From SAR86 cluster bacterium (GTDB lineage: Bacteria > Pseudomonadota > Gammaproteobacteria > Magnimaribacterales > AG-339-G14): DNA of 64,000 nucleotides. The position numbers and the translations under genes were made by a program. Where the stretch lies: positions 61,608 through 125,607 of the forward strand of contig JAOIOC010000001.1 in the NCBI GenBank assembly GCA_028140145.1. Reading direction: 5' to 3'. Shown one piece after another: positions 49,228-58,771 of this stretch; position 1 is the stretch's first letter, and the number at the start of each line of letters is the position of its first letter. The notes under the pieces were generated by a model. The model made no database searches. It saw nothing but the letters and a program-made list of their open reading frames with translations, and had not been told where the DNA came from.

Positions 49228-50571
49228 CTAAGAGTTTATAATTGTCAAATACAGTTCTTTTTTGTCTTGAGTGTCAAGATTATTATTATGCCAAAGCAAA
49301 GAAAATTTTCCTCCAAATAATTTACATATCCTCTTGAGTTCAAGGCATTTTTTCAGAGTGTTTTTACGATCCAGGCCCATATATTTATTTGATATTAAAG
49401 AGACCTCCATTGCTATAAGGGGCTTAAATCTTATACCTAAGGGTCTATCATTTAAAATATCATATGCTGGATATTCAAAACAGGTTCCAGCTCTGAATCC
49501 TACTCTATCTGCATACCCCATAGAAGAATCTATTTTCACTCCAGCTTTTGATAACAAATATGGAGTTTTGTATGAGTCCCATCTTAAAAAATGCATTCTA
49601 GATTCATAAGAAAACTTTATTCCTAGTTTGTTGCAAATTTGGATGATCTTTTGAAGTTCTTTTTTAATTAAATAAATGTTATTGAAGGTTTTATAACTTG
49701 GATGAATGCCAATTTTATGACCTCTTTGACCTATATTCAAAAGTAATTTTTTTATTCGCAGATCATCAATTGAATATTCAGGATCATGATCTAAATCTGT
49801 TTTGCCTGCCACAAAATTAAAGGTACTTTTTGTACCTAATCTTTCAGATTGGTCCATTATCCAATCAAAAGTGTTTGCTGGATCAATTTTGCTTATAGAG
49901 CTTCTTGAAAAAATAAATATAAGAGGACCTAATAGAAAATTCTTTATGTTTCTTCTTTTAATTAAATCACCAACTATAGACTTAAAAAGATTAAATTTAG
50001 TTTTAAAGGCATAATTGCTTGGAAAATCAACGTCATGTGAAAGATCAATTGAAAAACTATTATTTTTGATATCCAGCGATTTCCATGTCTTTTTTATCAA
50101 TTGCTTCATAACATCAAGCCATTCGTCCACAATTGGTCGCTCGAGATAATTATGTTTGAATGCATGAGATAAAGAGGATGAAAATCTTTGATGAGAGTCA
50201 AGATTATTAACGGTTCCCATCTCTTCGTATCTGGAAAGCATCCACAAAATTAAGCCAAAAACATCATAATAAAGATAATAATCTTCATCTTTCTTTTCAA
50301 TTAGAACATCTAAAGTTTTATCCAAGCCAGGCGCAGCGAGATCTTCATTTAGCTTTGCATTAAATTCTTCTTTGTTTAATTTTTGGTTGCAGAATTTGAC
50401 TTCATCCTGATTAAAAAAAGAACTCTTATTTGACTTAACAAAAATATTTCCAGAGTAATTTTGTAAAGAAATTGAAACATAATTTTCATTGTAATTTTGG
50501 ATTTTAAATCTAGTGCCAAATCTTTCATAAAAAATTTTACCGAACCAGGAGATTTGTTGATCAGAGTACAT
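49228..50571 (-). CDS. Polysaccharide deacetylase-like protein (NodB-related, with an extra N-terminal domain)
   Basis: Weak call based on LSHDVDFP, GHKIGIHPSY, SRMHFLRW and GFRAGTCFEYP. These resemble an uncharacterised deacetylase family often paired with FemAB-like genes. Confidence 0.45.
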   Translation of the reverse strand: MYSDQQISWFGKIFYERFGTRFKIQNYNENYVSISLQNYSGNIFVKSNKSSFFNQDEVKFCNQKLNKEEFNAKLNEDLAAPGLDKTLDVLIEKKDEDYYLYYDVFGLILWMLSRYEEMGTVNNLDSHQRFSSSLSHAFKHNYLERPIVDEWLDVMKQLIKKTWKSLDIKNNSFSIDLSHDVDFPSNYAFKTKFNLFKSIVGDLIKRRNIKNFLLGPLIFIFSRSSISKIDPANTFDWIMDQSERLGTKSTFNFVAGKTDLDHDPEYSIDDLRIKKLLLNIGQRGHKIGIHPSYKTFNNIYLIKKELQKIIQICNKLGIKFSYESRMHFLRWDSYKTPYLLSKAGVKIDSSMGYADRVGFRAGTCFEYPAYDILNDRPLGIRFKPLIAMEVSLISNKYMGLDRKNTLKKCLELKRICKLFGGKFSLLWHNNNLDTQDKKELYLTIINS

Positions 50572-51513
50572 CTAATAAAGGCTTTTGAGAGAATGAAAAA
50601 AGCCATAAAACTTGGATTGTTTTTCAACTTTATAAAACTCTATTTGCTTTGCACCAAATGCTCTAACAAATTTTTCAACAGGTTGAATCATAGACCCTTC
50701 GAAATCAAATTTTTTTGTTTTATCCTTAAAGAATTTTATTGCTTCCCAGAGACAAAAACTTGTAGCTCCACTATTTCTTAACTCAGGGTCACTTCCTCCT
50801 AGGAGATAATATGCAGATTCTTCATCCCAAATTATAAGTGCTCCGGCATGAATTCTTCCCTCAGGATCCTTAGCCATAAATAATTTTCCTGAATTATTTT
50901 TTAAGCAAGCAGAATATATATTTCTTATTAGTTCTTCTTTATAAGGTAACTTTTTATCCTGCCTAAGAAAAACTAACTTATTCAACTCAATAAAATCAGA
51001 AATATTTGGTTCTTTTTGAATTGTCAGATTGAATCTATTTTTAGCTTTTTTTATATCGCTTTTAATATTTGACTTCAAATTATCCCAAATCTTTTCAATT
51101 GATTTTTCATAATTCAGGTAATAGGAATATTTTGTTGTTTGTTGATACCCTTGCCAATAAAACGGTAACCAATTCTTGGAAGAGTAATGCCAACATTGAG
51201 AGAACTTAGTTGATTTTGGAATTTTTCTTAAAATTTCTTTTAATACTTTGATTTCAAAAGAATATTTTTCAGATTTTTTTACCTCTTTAAAATTTAAATA
51301 TGGTCCGTTGAATTGAGTAAGTGGAGGCATTTTAATAAATTTAAAACCAAATTTATTCTCTTTAAAATATGGCATCACTCCAAGAATGGATTTATTGTCT
51401 TTGATAACAATTACATCCCAATTATCCGGTCCTGCAGATGCATCCATCCACCAAGGTTTCAAAAAGATTGGAATTTTGTTTTCTACACAGAATTGTTCAT
51501 AAAGTTTTTTCAT
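50572..51513 (-). CDS. FemAB-like / GNAT-fold acyl(aminoacyl)transferase
   Basis: 313 aa with a duplicated GNAT-like layout. C-terminal AYYLLGGSDPELRNSGATSFCLWEAIKF...FDFEGS resembles the FemAB/BioF2-like family. Confidence 0.5.
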   Translation of the reverse strand: MKKLYEQFCVENKIPIFLKPWWMDASAGPDNWDVIVIKDNKSILGVMPYFKENKFGFKFIKMPPLTQFNGPYLNFKEVKKSEKYSFEIKVLKEILRKIPKSTKFSQCWHYSSKNWLPFYWQGYQQTTKYSYYLNYEKSIEKIWDNLKSNIKSDIKKAKNRFNLTIQKEPNISDFIELNKLVFLRQDKKLPYKEELIRNIYSACLKNNSGKLFMAKDPEGRIHAGALIIWDEESAYYLLGGSDPELRNSGATSFCLWEAIKFFKDKTKKFDFEGSMIQPVEKFVRAFGAKQIEFYKVEKQSKFYGFFHSLKSLY

Positions 51514-52576
51514 TCAATCTAAAATTAAGATGTTCATATACATCCTCAACATCTAAAGAATTCATACAATATTCATGAGGATAAATCTCTAAAAGTTGAT
51601 CTTCCGTGCATGAAAATCCTTGCATAGATAGTAAAGAATTATTGCAAGAAAATAGTATGGAAGAAGTTCTAGATAATGGTCTTGTTCGATGAAAGTCTGT
51701 TGGTCCATAAAGTGCAATAAGAGGTGTATTTAAAGAATCAGCAATGTGCATTATTCCGCTGTCATTTGCGATAACAATTTTAGCATTTTGAATTATATTG
51801 CATAGCTGAGAGAAATTAGTTTTTCCTACAAAGGAAGTCACACAGTCTAAATCTTCAAATTTGAATTTTTCTACAGTTTCCTGTTCCCCTCTGTCTCCCA
51901 GCAAGACTACTTGATAACCTTTAAGTTCATTGCATATTTTCTGTGAAATTTCATAAAAGCTCCTTATAGGCCAATTCTTTGGTGAAGGCATTCCATTTCT
52001 TGAGACAGGTTGAAGAACAATATAGTCACCGGAGATGACTTTACTGTTGTCCTCCTCAAAAAAGATAAAAGTTTTAGTATTGAAATCAATTTTTTCAGAT
52101 ACATAATTTTTTACCAGATCCATATTTAGTTTAATTTCATGCCTGTTGGTTTTTACTTGGACCCAATTTATATTTTTTAAAAAAATCAGAAACAAAATGT
52201 TAATAAAATTTCTCTTAAAATTTTTTAAATGAAAATTAATATGAGCAGTTATGTAACTTTTTTTAGCTAAGAAATTAAAGAAAAAAATTACGAAATTTGG
52301 AGATGAATCAAAAGGGAATATTATTAAATCATAATCTCTTCTTGAAATTTTTTTCAAGCTAAAAAATCTTGAAATTAAACTTTTTCCTGGATCAACCCAG
52401 TGAATTTCATTAATAAAAGTAGAGTTTTTTAAAACATTCTCAGCCCCCCAGGGAAGACCGCATAGAATATCAAGTTCAGATGAAGGATACTTTTTTTTTA
52501 ATTCTGATATCAAAGGTGTTTTCAAGATGAAATTACCTAAACCTGTATATGCAGATAGCAAAATCCTTTTCTTCAT
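51497..52576 (-). CDS. GT9-family glycosyltransferase (heptosyltransferase-like), second copy
   Basis: YTGLGNFILKTPLISELKKKYP and IANDSGIMHIADSLNTPLIALYGPTD. Confidence 0.75.
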   Translation of the reverse strand: MKKRILLSAYTGLGNFILKTPLISELKKKYPSSELDILCGLPWGAENVLKNSTFINEIHWVDPGKSLISRFFSLKKISRRDYDLIIFPFDSSPNFVIFFFNFLAKKSYITAHINFHLKNFKRNFINILFLIFLKNINWVQVKTNRHEIKLNMDLVKNYVSEKIDFNTKTFIFFEEDNSKVISGDYIVLQPVSRNGMPSPKNWPIRSFYEISQKICNELKGYQVVLLGDRGEQETVEKFKFEDLDCVTSFVGKTNFSQLCNIIQNAKIVIANDSGIMHIADSLNTPLIALYGPTDFHRTRPLSRTSSILFSCNNSLLSMQGFSCTEDQLLEIYPHEYCMNSLDVEDVYEHLNFRLNEKTL

Positions 52577-53307
52577 TTTTTTTCTTTGAATTTAAATAAT
52601 AGATCGAATCTGTACCATGAATCAGATGGTAAAGTTTCGACAAAAATATTTGGTCCTTCATAGTGCCTTTTTAACATTTGAGCATCCCACCAGAAACTAT
52701 TATGATCATATTTTTTCTTATTTTTGATAAAGATAAGGATTAATCGAAACCAAAATAATATGTAATTTTGAATGGAAAATTTTTTTGGTTTGAAATATTT
52801 TATTCTGCATTTGATATCTGGGATAGACATATGAACTATAAAACCATTTGGATTTAGAATAGCTTGAAGGTTTTTTGATAAGTTGATGCTTGAAATGTAA
52901 TCAAAATATTGGATCAAAGAAAAGGAGAAAATTAAATCAAACTTACCTAAGCCTTGATATCCATCTAATATATTTAAATTATAGTAAGAAGTATTATCTA
53001 AAAGATATTTTTCCTTTGCAGTCTCTATATTCTGTGAAGAAATATCAATCCCAATAAAATCTATATCCGGATAAAGTTTAGCAAAACTGGATAAAACCTT
53101 TCCTTCGCCGCAACCTACGTCCAGAATTCTCTTCACTTTGTATTTTTTTAGTATTTCACCAATTCGTAAGTCATAGTGGCTCAAATGTTCCTTGACAACA
53201 TTTTCTTTAGTATTTCTAAGTAAATTTTCATTAGATCCATCAAAAAATTTTTTTAGTGATTCCCAATTTTGCATATTTAAATTTAAAAGGTTAAAGATAT
53301 TTTTCAA
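52573..53307 (-). CDS. Class I SAM-dependent methyltransferase
   Basis: Motif I ILDVGCGEGK and post-I/II FDLIFSFSLIQYF. Confidence 0.75.
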   Translation of the reverse strand: MKNIFNLLNLNMQNWESLKKFFDGSNENLLRNTKENVVKEHLSHYDLRIGEILKKYKVKRILDVGCGEGKVLSSFAKLYPDIDFIGIDISSQNIETAKEKYLLDNTSYYNLNILDGYQGLGKFDLIFSFSLIQYFDYISSINLSKNLQAILNPNGFIVHMSIPDIKCRIKYFKPKKFSIQNYILFWFRLILIFIKNKKKYDHNSFWWDAQMLKRHYEGPNIFVETLPSDSWYRFDLLFKFKEKK

Positions 53308-54826
53308 AACCTAAAATATTCTCATCCGAAAACATATTTTTATAATCGTCTAAGTTATGCATTGGTATTAAGTACTTCTTGTTTAAATTATCAGAATCAA
53401 AGGTTTTCAGCTCTTCTAGGTCAATTTTATGTGCCAACCCATCTTGTGAGATTGCCTCCAAAAAGTTAAATGGAGTAACAAGATACCAAAGAGGAATATT
53501 TAAATACATCATCTCCAGAGCATAAACAGTTTGAGTGAACGCAATAATATCAAATACTTCAAGTTCTTCATCTGAAATTACAGATTTAAATTCTGCTTTT
53601 TCTTGCACAATCTTGGAGTAAGATAAAAAATCATAATCCTTTTCGCCGTCTGGCCTCAATTTAACAGTGACCTTCCATCCTAATCGAATAAATTCTTCAA
53701 GAAATTTTGAAACTTCTATATTGTCAGATAGAAATTCATACGGGACTAAAATCTTTAAATTTTCAGAATCTAATTTTCTTCCTCTTCTAAAATTTCGATA
53801 ATCAATATTTTTATTTAGGTGAGGACCTAGTAACGTATTTGATTCATGATATTTATTTGAATTTTTTAACAAAAATTCTTTCCAATACTTTCCCCATGTG
53901 ATCAATTTATCGGGAACTAAGTTACAGAATGCTCTTGGTATTCCATATCCAATCCATCCAGAATGATAATGCGTTATAGGGCCGTGCTGAATTGAAACAA
54001 CCTCAAAATTTAGACATTTAAAGGCAAGCATAAGGCCAAGACACTCTTCCACCTGATCAATAGTAACTAACTTACTTATATTTTTTTTTATAAAATACTT
54101 TTTCAAGTGTTTTGCTTCGTTGATAATGTGAGAACATCTTGAATCAATTTGGTTAATCAATTTTATTAATTCATCTCTTGAAAAAAAATTCATGATTTCA
54201 TCTGGGAATTCTTTGATCGCAAAGTTTTTTTCTTTATTCAAGGATGTCTCATATCTCCCCTGAACAAAAATACTATTATCAAAAAAGAGTCTTAAAAAAG
54301 AAGAAAATGAAAGTTTTTCTGTTCTTTTATAGTTTTTTGACTTGAAAGTTTTTTTAAATTTTTGGAACCTAAAACCTTCAAATCCATCATCATTTAATAA
54401 AAAAGTATTTTCAGGTTTAAATCTTTTTCTAAAAAAGTCAGCCAGAAAGTTATATAAAAACTTTTCATAAATGGTATGTTCTTTATTCAATGCCTTATTC
54501 CATCTTGATATTCTGCCTATAATCCAACCCTCATTGCTGATAATTTTTATTTTTTTTCCTCTTATATGATTTATGGCTTTTTGGTGTGAAACAACACCAA
54601 CGAAAATGTTCCAGTAAAGCCATTCTTGAAGAGCTGGAAGGATAAAATAATTTTCATAAGACCAAACCTCATAGAGTTTTTTCCCTTCTGAGGTCTCTAT
54701 GTTGTTAAACATTGATAAGAGCTGTTGAGACTTATTTAAATCAAATTTAGGAAAAAATTTTTGCGTAATGTTTTTCTCATCTGTGATCAAAACAGACTGA
54801 TCTTTTTTTTCTAGAACGTTCAGCAT
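53291..54826 (-). CDS. Hypothetical protein (511 aa), possibly a GT-B-like transferase
   Basis: Long ORF in operon context. Only a loose two-Rossmann-like layout in the C-terminal half (VSIQHGP...KILVPYEF...). No firm motif. Confidence 0.3.
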   Translation of the reverse strand: MLNVLEKKDQSVLITDEKNITQKFFPKFDLNKSQQLLSMFNNIETSEGKKLYEVWSYENYFILPALQEWLYWNIFVGVVSHQKAINHIRGKKIKIISNEGWIIGRISRWNKALNKEHTIYEKFLYNFLADFFRKRFKPENTFLLNDDGFEGFRFQKFKKTFKSKNYKRTEKLSFSSFLRLFFDNSIFVQGRYETSLNKEKNFAIKEFPDEIMNFFSRDELIKLINQIDSRCSHIINEAKHLKKYFIKKNISKLVTIDQVEECLGLMLAFKCLNFEVVSIQHGPITHYHSGWIGYGIPRAFCNLVPDKLITWGKYWKEFLLKNSNKYHESNTLLGPHLNKNIDYRNFRRGRKLDSENLKILVPYEFLSDNIEVSKFLEEFIRLGWKVTVKLRPDGEKDYDFLSYSKIVQEKAEFKSVISDEELEVFDIIAFTQTVYALEMMYLNIPLWYLVTPFNFLEAISQDGLAHKIDLEELKTFDSDNLNKKYLIPMHNLDDYKNMFSDENILGFEKYL

Positions 54827-55854
54827 TAAACTAAATTTAGTTTTTCTAAAAGAAACTTAGGAGACTTTTTATGAAAATTATTTCTTGCCCATTTAGAGGT
54901 ATCTTTATTATCAAGCCAGGTGAGATGAAGGATATCCAAACAGTTCGTAATCCATATGGAATAAGTAGAAGGCCAGTTTATAGTTACGTCAGATATTTCT
55001 TGGGCAATAAAAATTGATTGAGACATGGTAAATCCCAGATCTTCAAAATTTCTTAAGTCTACGAAATCAGACTGAATAAAGTTTTCCCAATCAACAGCCT
55101 TTTTACTTGCTAATACAAATCTAATTTTTCCTGTTTCAATTGCGAAATTATCTAATTCTTTAATGTAACTTTTTAGGTTTTCGAATTCTTCATCATGATT
55201 TTTTTGATATTTCGGACCTCCTTTCAATCTATCCTCTTGATTTTCAAACCTCATACTTTCATCCCATAAAACTGAAATTAGAATATTTTTAACCTTTGGA
55301 TCTCTATTACTTTCAATAAATTCATCAACTTTTTTTGTGCTCAGATTATTAGATAGAACATATCTGAAGCCTTTTGATTCAAATTTAGGTTTGAAGTTTC
55401 TGAAAAAATTTATATAAAAGAAAAAAAAGAGAAATCTAATGAAAGTAGTAAATCTAGGATTACTAAAGAATTTATGTATCTCATCTTTTTTCAAATTTTT
55501 AATAGAGGTTCTATCTAAAAACTGGGAAACGAAGTCATAGTGAACAAATCTATGTCTATTGAAAAAAGGAGGAATAAGAATTCTCAGTTTTTCTTTATAA
55601 GAGTTTTCTTTTTCAACAAATCTAATGTTATTGAATGTTGGCTTTATTAAATTTGAAATTATATCTTTTGGATGTAAATTCGGGTCCCATAAAAGAGGCT
55701 TTTGAGATTTTGTTTTTATTTCAAGGGACCAATCTTTCAATATTAAATCGACTTCATATCCTCTATCTTGAATGTCTTTGAGTGATTCAAATAATTTTGA
55801 TGATGGGCCCAACAAAGTTGTAGTCCTTTGATCAAAAACTAATGTCTTCTTCAT
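54826..55854 (-). CDS. Hypothetical protein (342 aa)
   Basis: The ORF overlaps its downstream neighbour by 1 nt (shared base 54826) and is separated from its upstream neighbour by a 1-nt gap. No recognised motif and no signal peptide. Confidence 0.3.
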   Translation of the reverse strand: MKKTLVFDQRTTTLLGPSSKLFESLKDIQDRGYEVDLILKDWSLEIKTKSQKPLLWDPNLHPKDIISNLIKPTFNNIRFVEKENSYKEKLRILIPPFFNRHRFVHYDFVSQFLDRTSIKNLKKDEIHKFFSNPRFTTFIRFLFFFFYINFFRNFKPKFESKGFRYVLSNNLSTKKVDEFIESNRDPKVKNILISVLWDESMRFENQEDRLKGGPKYQKNHDEEFENLKSYIKELDNFAIETGKIRFVLASKKAVDWENFIQSDFVDLRNFEDLGFTMSQSIFIAQEISDVTINWPSTYSIWITNCLDILHLTWLDNKDTSKWARNNFHKKSPKFLLEKLNLV

Positions 55855-55855
55855 T

Positions 55856-57640
55856 TTAATTTAACTCTGAATCAGTCAATTTTCTAAATAAATCTGAATT
55901 TTTAATCAAATTTTCATAGTCTCCACTAGATACAATTTTACCCTCGTCCAAAACATGTATAACATCAAAATCTCTGATGCTGTTCATTCTATGAGCAATT
56001 GAAATAATTGTTTTGTGTTTCGATAACTCAGAAATAGTCGTTTTTATAATCTTTTCGCTAATGTTATCTAGTGAAGATGTTGCTTCATCGAAAATAATAA
56101 GGTCTGGATCATTATAGATCGCCCTTGCAATTGCAACTCTTTGGCGTTGTCCGCCAGATAAAGAAATTCCCCTTTCACCAAGGATCGTATCTAAACCATT
56201 ATCAAGATCATTTAGTACTTCATTTAGGTTAGATATCTTAATAGATCTCTTTAGCTTCTCTTCATCATAAGTTCTACCAAATACAATATTATTTTCTATT
56301 GTATCGTCAATAATATTTATAATTTGTGGTACTAAACCTACATTATTATTCAAAGGTTCAAAGCTATCTGATAGCTTATTGTCAAAGTAAATTTCTCCTT
56401 GGCTTGGCTTGAGAAGACCGAGCAATATATTCATTAGGGTTGTTTTACCAGCTCCTGAAGATCCCACAAAAGCAATAGAATTCCCCCTAATAATGTTTAT
56501 ATCTAGAGACCTAAGTACCTTTTTTGAGTTGTAGGAAAAATCTAGATTTAAAATTTTAATTTCAGACCAATCTTTATATTTTTTATCTAATTTTGTTCTA
56601 TGGACATCCTCAAAGCCATCATATTCTTTTTTTGATAATTCCTCTTTGATAATATTTATGGATGGTTCTAATCCTTTCAAGGTGATGAAGTGTGAATTTA
56701 TCTGACTTACACTAGGTAGAAGTCTCCTTGCTACAGCAATAATAAATACAAATGAAGGAAATAAAGAAACAAAGTCGATATCAGAATTGAGAATGTACAA
56801 AAAGATCATCATTAAAATTGCTACAGCGATTATCTCAATGATTACATTTGGAACTGGAGGATAAAAAGTAGTAATTTTAAAAGCATTAGAAAGTTGGGAG
56901 GCATCTTTTAAAAATTTTTTTCTAAAAAAAGATATTGAATTTAATATCCTTATCTCTTGCATTGAAAGCATTAATTCGGAAGCATGTATGAAAATATTTG
57001 ATAAAGCATTTTCTCTATCTTCTCCACCTTTTTGCTGGACTGGCCTGATGTATTTAACAATTATTAAAGATATTAGAACTAAAAAAATTGAAGCACTTAG
57101 AGTAAAAACTGGATTAAATATGAACAAGAGAGAGAATAAAAAAATTGCCACGACAACGCTGGTAAAAAACTGCAATAAAACTACGTATGCGTATGCATTT
57201 AATTCGTTTGATTTTGTAATTGTTTTTATTAAATCATTTGAATTAAGTGTAATAAATTTTTGCCATGGCATCTTTGTATATATATCAATTAAAGAAAGAG
57301 ATTTGTTGAAAAGAATTTTATATGGAATGAAGGCTGTCATTCTATAGACAAAAATTTGAGTTACGGCTTTTAAAAGTGAAATTACAAAAAATATTGTCAA
57401 AACATAATAAAGCATAGAAATACCATAGGTTGGCAATCCAAAAAAATTAAAAATGTTTATTAGTGTTTTATTTTGAATTCCATTCTCAAAACTAATCATT
57501 AACTCCATTAAAGGAATTATTAAGGCTAGAGAGAATGAATCAAACAAAGCAAAGAGAATTAAGACAATAAAAAAGAAATATAGATACAGCTTTTCTTTCT
57601 TGTCTACAATATTGAAGAGTTTTTTGAAAATCCCAATCAT
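55856..57640 (-). CDS. Fused permease/ATPase ABC exporter (MsbA/PglK-like type I exporter)
   Basis: N-terminal six-TM domain. Walker A GSSGAGKTT, signature LSGGQRQRVAIARA, and Walker B LIIFDEATSSLD. Confidence 0.88.
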   Translation of the reverse strand: MIGIFKKLFNIVDKKEKLYLYFFFIVLILFALFDSFSLALIIPLMELMISFENGIQNKTLINIFNFFGLPTYGISMLYYVLTIFFVISLLKAVTQIFVYRMTAFIPYKILFNKSLSLIDIYTKMPWQKFITLNSNDLIKTITKSNELNAYAYVVLLQFFTSVVVAIFLFSLLFIFNPVFTLSASIFLVLISLIIVKYIRPVQQKGGEDRENALSNIFIHASELMLSMQEIRILNSISFFRKKFLKDASQLSNAFKITTFYPPVPNVIIEIIAVAILMMIFLYILNSDIDFVSLFPSFVFIIAVARRLLPSVSQINSHFITLKGLEPSINIIKEELSKKEYDGFEDVHRTKLDKKYKDWSEIKILNLDFSYNSKKVLRSLDINIIRGNSIAFVGSSGAGKTTLMNILLGLLKPSQGEIYFDNKLSDSFEPLNNNVGLVPQIINIIDDTIENNIVFGRTYDEEKLKRSIKISNLNEVLNDLDNGLDTILGERGISLSGGQRQRVAIARAIYNDPDLIIFDEATSSLDNISEKIIKTTISELSKHKTIISIAHRMNSIRDFDVIHVLDEGKIVSSGDYENLIKNSDLFRKLTDSELN

Positions 57641-57644
57641 ATAT

Positions 57645-58394
57645 TTAGAAATATTGAAGTTTTTCGCTTAATTTAAATGCATCTAAGTCTTCAGGCGTAC
57701 CTAAACCATACATTCCATTATTAAGTGATCCTATATTGAAAATTCCTATCCTTTTTTTTAAACCTATCAACTCGTTATAGACAGGCGCAACATAAAATTC
57801 TCCATTTATCTTTTTTTCTAAATCGATCATTTTATTAGCTGCTAAACAAAAATCAGAACCATATTTAAAATTGTAAATACCTACAGTTGCTTCATTAGAT
57901 ATGACCTTTTTCTCTTCAACTTTTTCAACTAAATTGGTGATTGTATTTTCCTTGGCATAAGACCATTTGGAATCATTTGCATTCATAGTCATGATTAAAC
58001 CATCTAAGTTATTTTTGCTCATGTGAGATATGTATTGATCTATATCTGTATCAACCCACTGATCAGAATTAGCTATCATCAGTTCGCTATTATTATTGAT
58101 ATATTTTTCAGCTTTTAAAACTGTACAAGCAGCGCCTTCTGTAATTTCGTCAATTGCTATTATTGTTAAGTTTTTTATCCTGCTATTAAGTTTTTTTTCT
58201 AAGTCGTATTCATTTAAATGATCTTGTTGACAGATAAAAATAAAATGAGCGTTATTATTTTTTGGAGTGAGGTTATCTACAACGCCCTCAATCATAAATT
58301 TACTATTAATTTTTATAAGGGGTTTTGGATCTTTGTATCCTGCCTCTTTAAACCTACTTCCTCTGCCAGCCATGGGAATAACTATGTTTATCAT
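57645..58394 (-). CDS. Nucleotidyltransferase-fold (GT-A-like) sugar/polyol-phosphate nucleotidyltransferase
   Basis: N-terminal NIVIPMAGRGSRFKEAGYKDPKPLIKIN (GxGxRF loop). About 250 aa. Confidence 0.65.
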   Translation of the reverse strand: MINIVIPMAGRGSRFKEAGYKDPKPLIKINSKFMIEGVVDNLTPKNNNAHFIFICQQDHLNEYDLEKKLNSRIKNLTIIAIDEITEGAACTVLKAEKYINNNSELMIANSDQWVDTDIDQYISHMSKNNLDGLIMTMNANDSKWSYAKENTITNLVEKVEEKKVISNEATVGIYNFKYGSDFCLAANKMIDLEKKINGEFYVAPVYNELIGLKKRIGIFNIGSLNNGMYGLGTPEDLDAFKLSEKLQYF

Positions 58395-58433
58395 GATAGA
58401 ACTAAGCCTTCATATGGACTTTAATTGATATGT

Positions 58434-58769
58434 TCATTCATCAACTTCAGAAAGGTACTTATCGTCATTTGCGCCAGGTATTTTAACCACCACAGTTGTC
58501 ACATCTGTTAGAGCTTTAAAATCTGTACTTTGTCCTGGGTTTATTTTAATGATATCGCCATGATCAAAACTTTTACCATTCATCTCGACCCGACCATTTA
58601 AAATAAGAGTTATTTCTGTTGCGATTTTGTGAAAGTGTGATTTTTCATAATCTCCTGATTTATAGTTTTGAACCGCTACCTCAACATCATTTGTCTTAAA
58701 TACTGATGGAGAGAAATTTCCTACAAACCACCCTCTAACCATTTTTTCTAATTTATCGACTTCGAACAT
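58434..58769 (-). CDS. Cupin-domain protein
   Basis: Exact cupin motif 1 G-x5-H-x-H-x4-E-x6-G in SGDYEKSHFHKIATEITLILNG. Confidence 0.75.
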   Translation of the reverse strand: MFEVDKLEKMVRGWFVGNFSPSVFKTNDVEVAVQNYKSGDYEKSHFHKIATEITLILNGRVEMNGKSFDHGDIIKINPGQSTDFKALTDVTTVVVKIPGANDDKYLSEVDE

Positions 58770-58771
58770 AA

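Noticed and set aside
819-57347. Many 60-120 aa ORFs in the track that lie antisense to or nested within longer genes (for example 819-1064, 6173-6364, 8317-8499, 9626-9889, 12652-12849, 24315-24659, 40412-40741, 49271-49609 and 56988-57347)
   Set aside because: Each lies fully inside a longer ORF with recognisable family motifs. Their translations are low-complexity or hydrophobic, with no motifs. Long stop-free antisense frames are expected in compositionally biased DNA.
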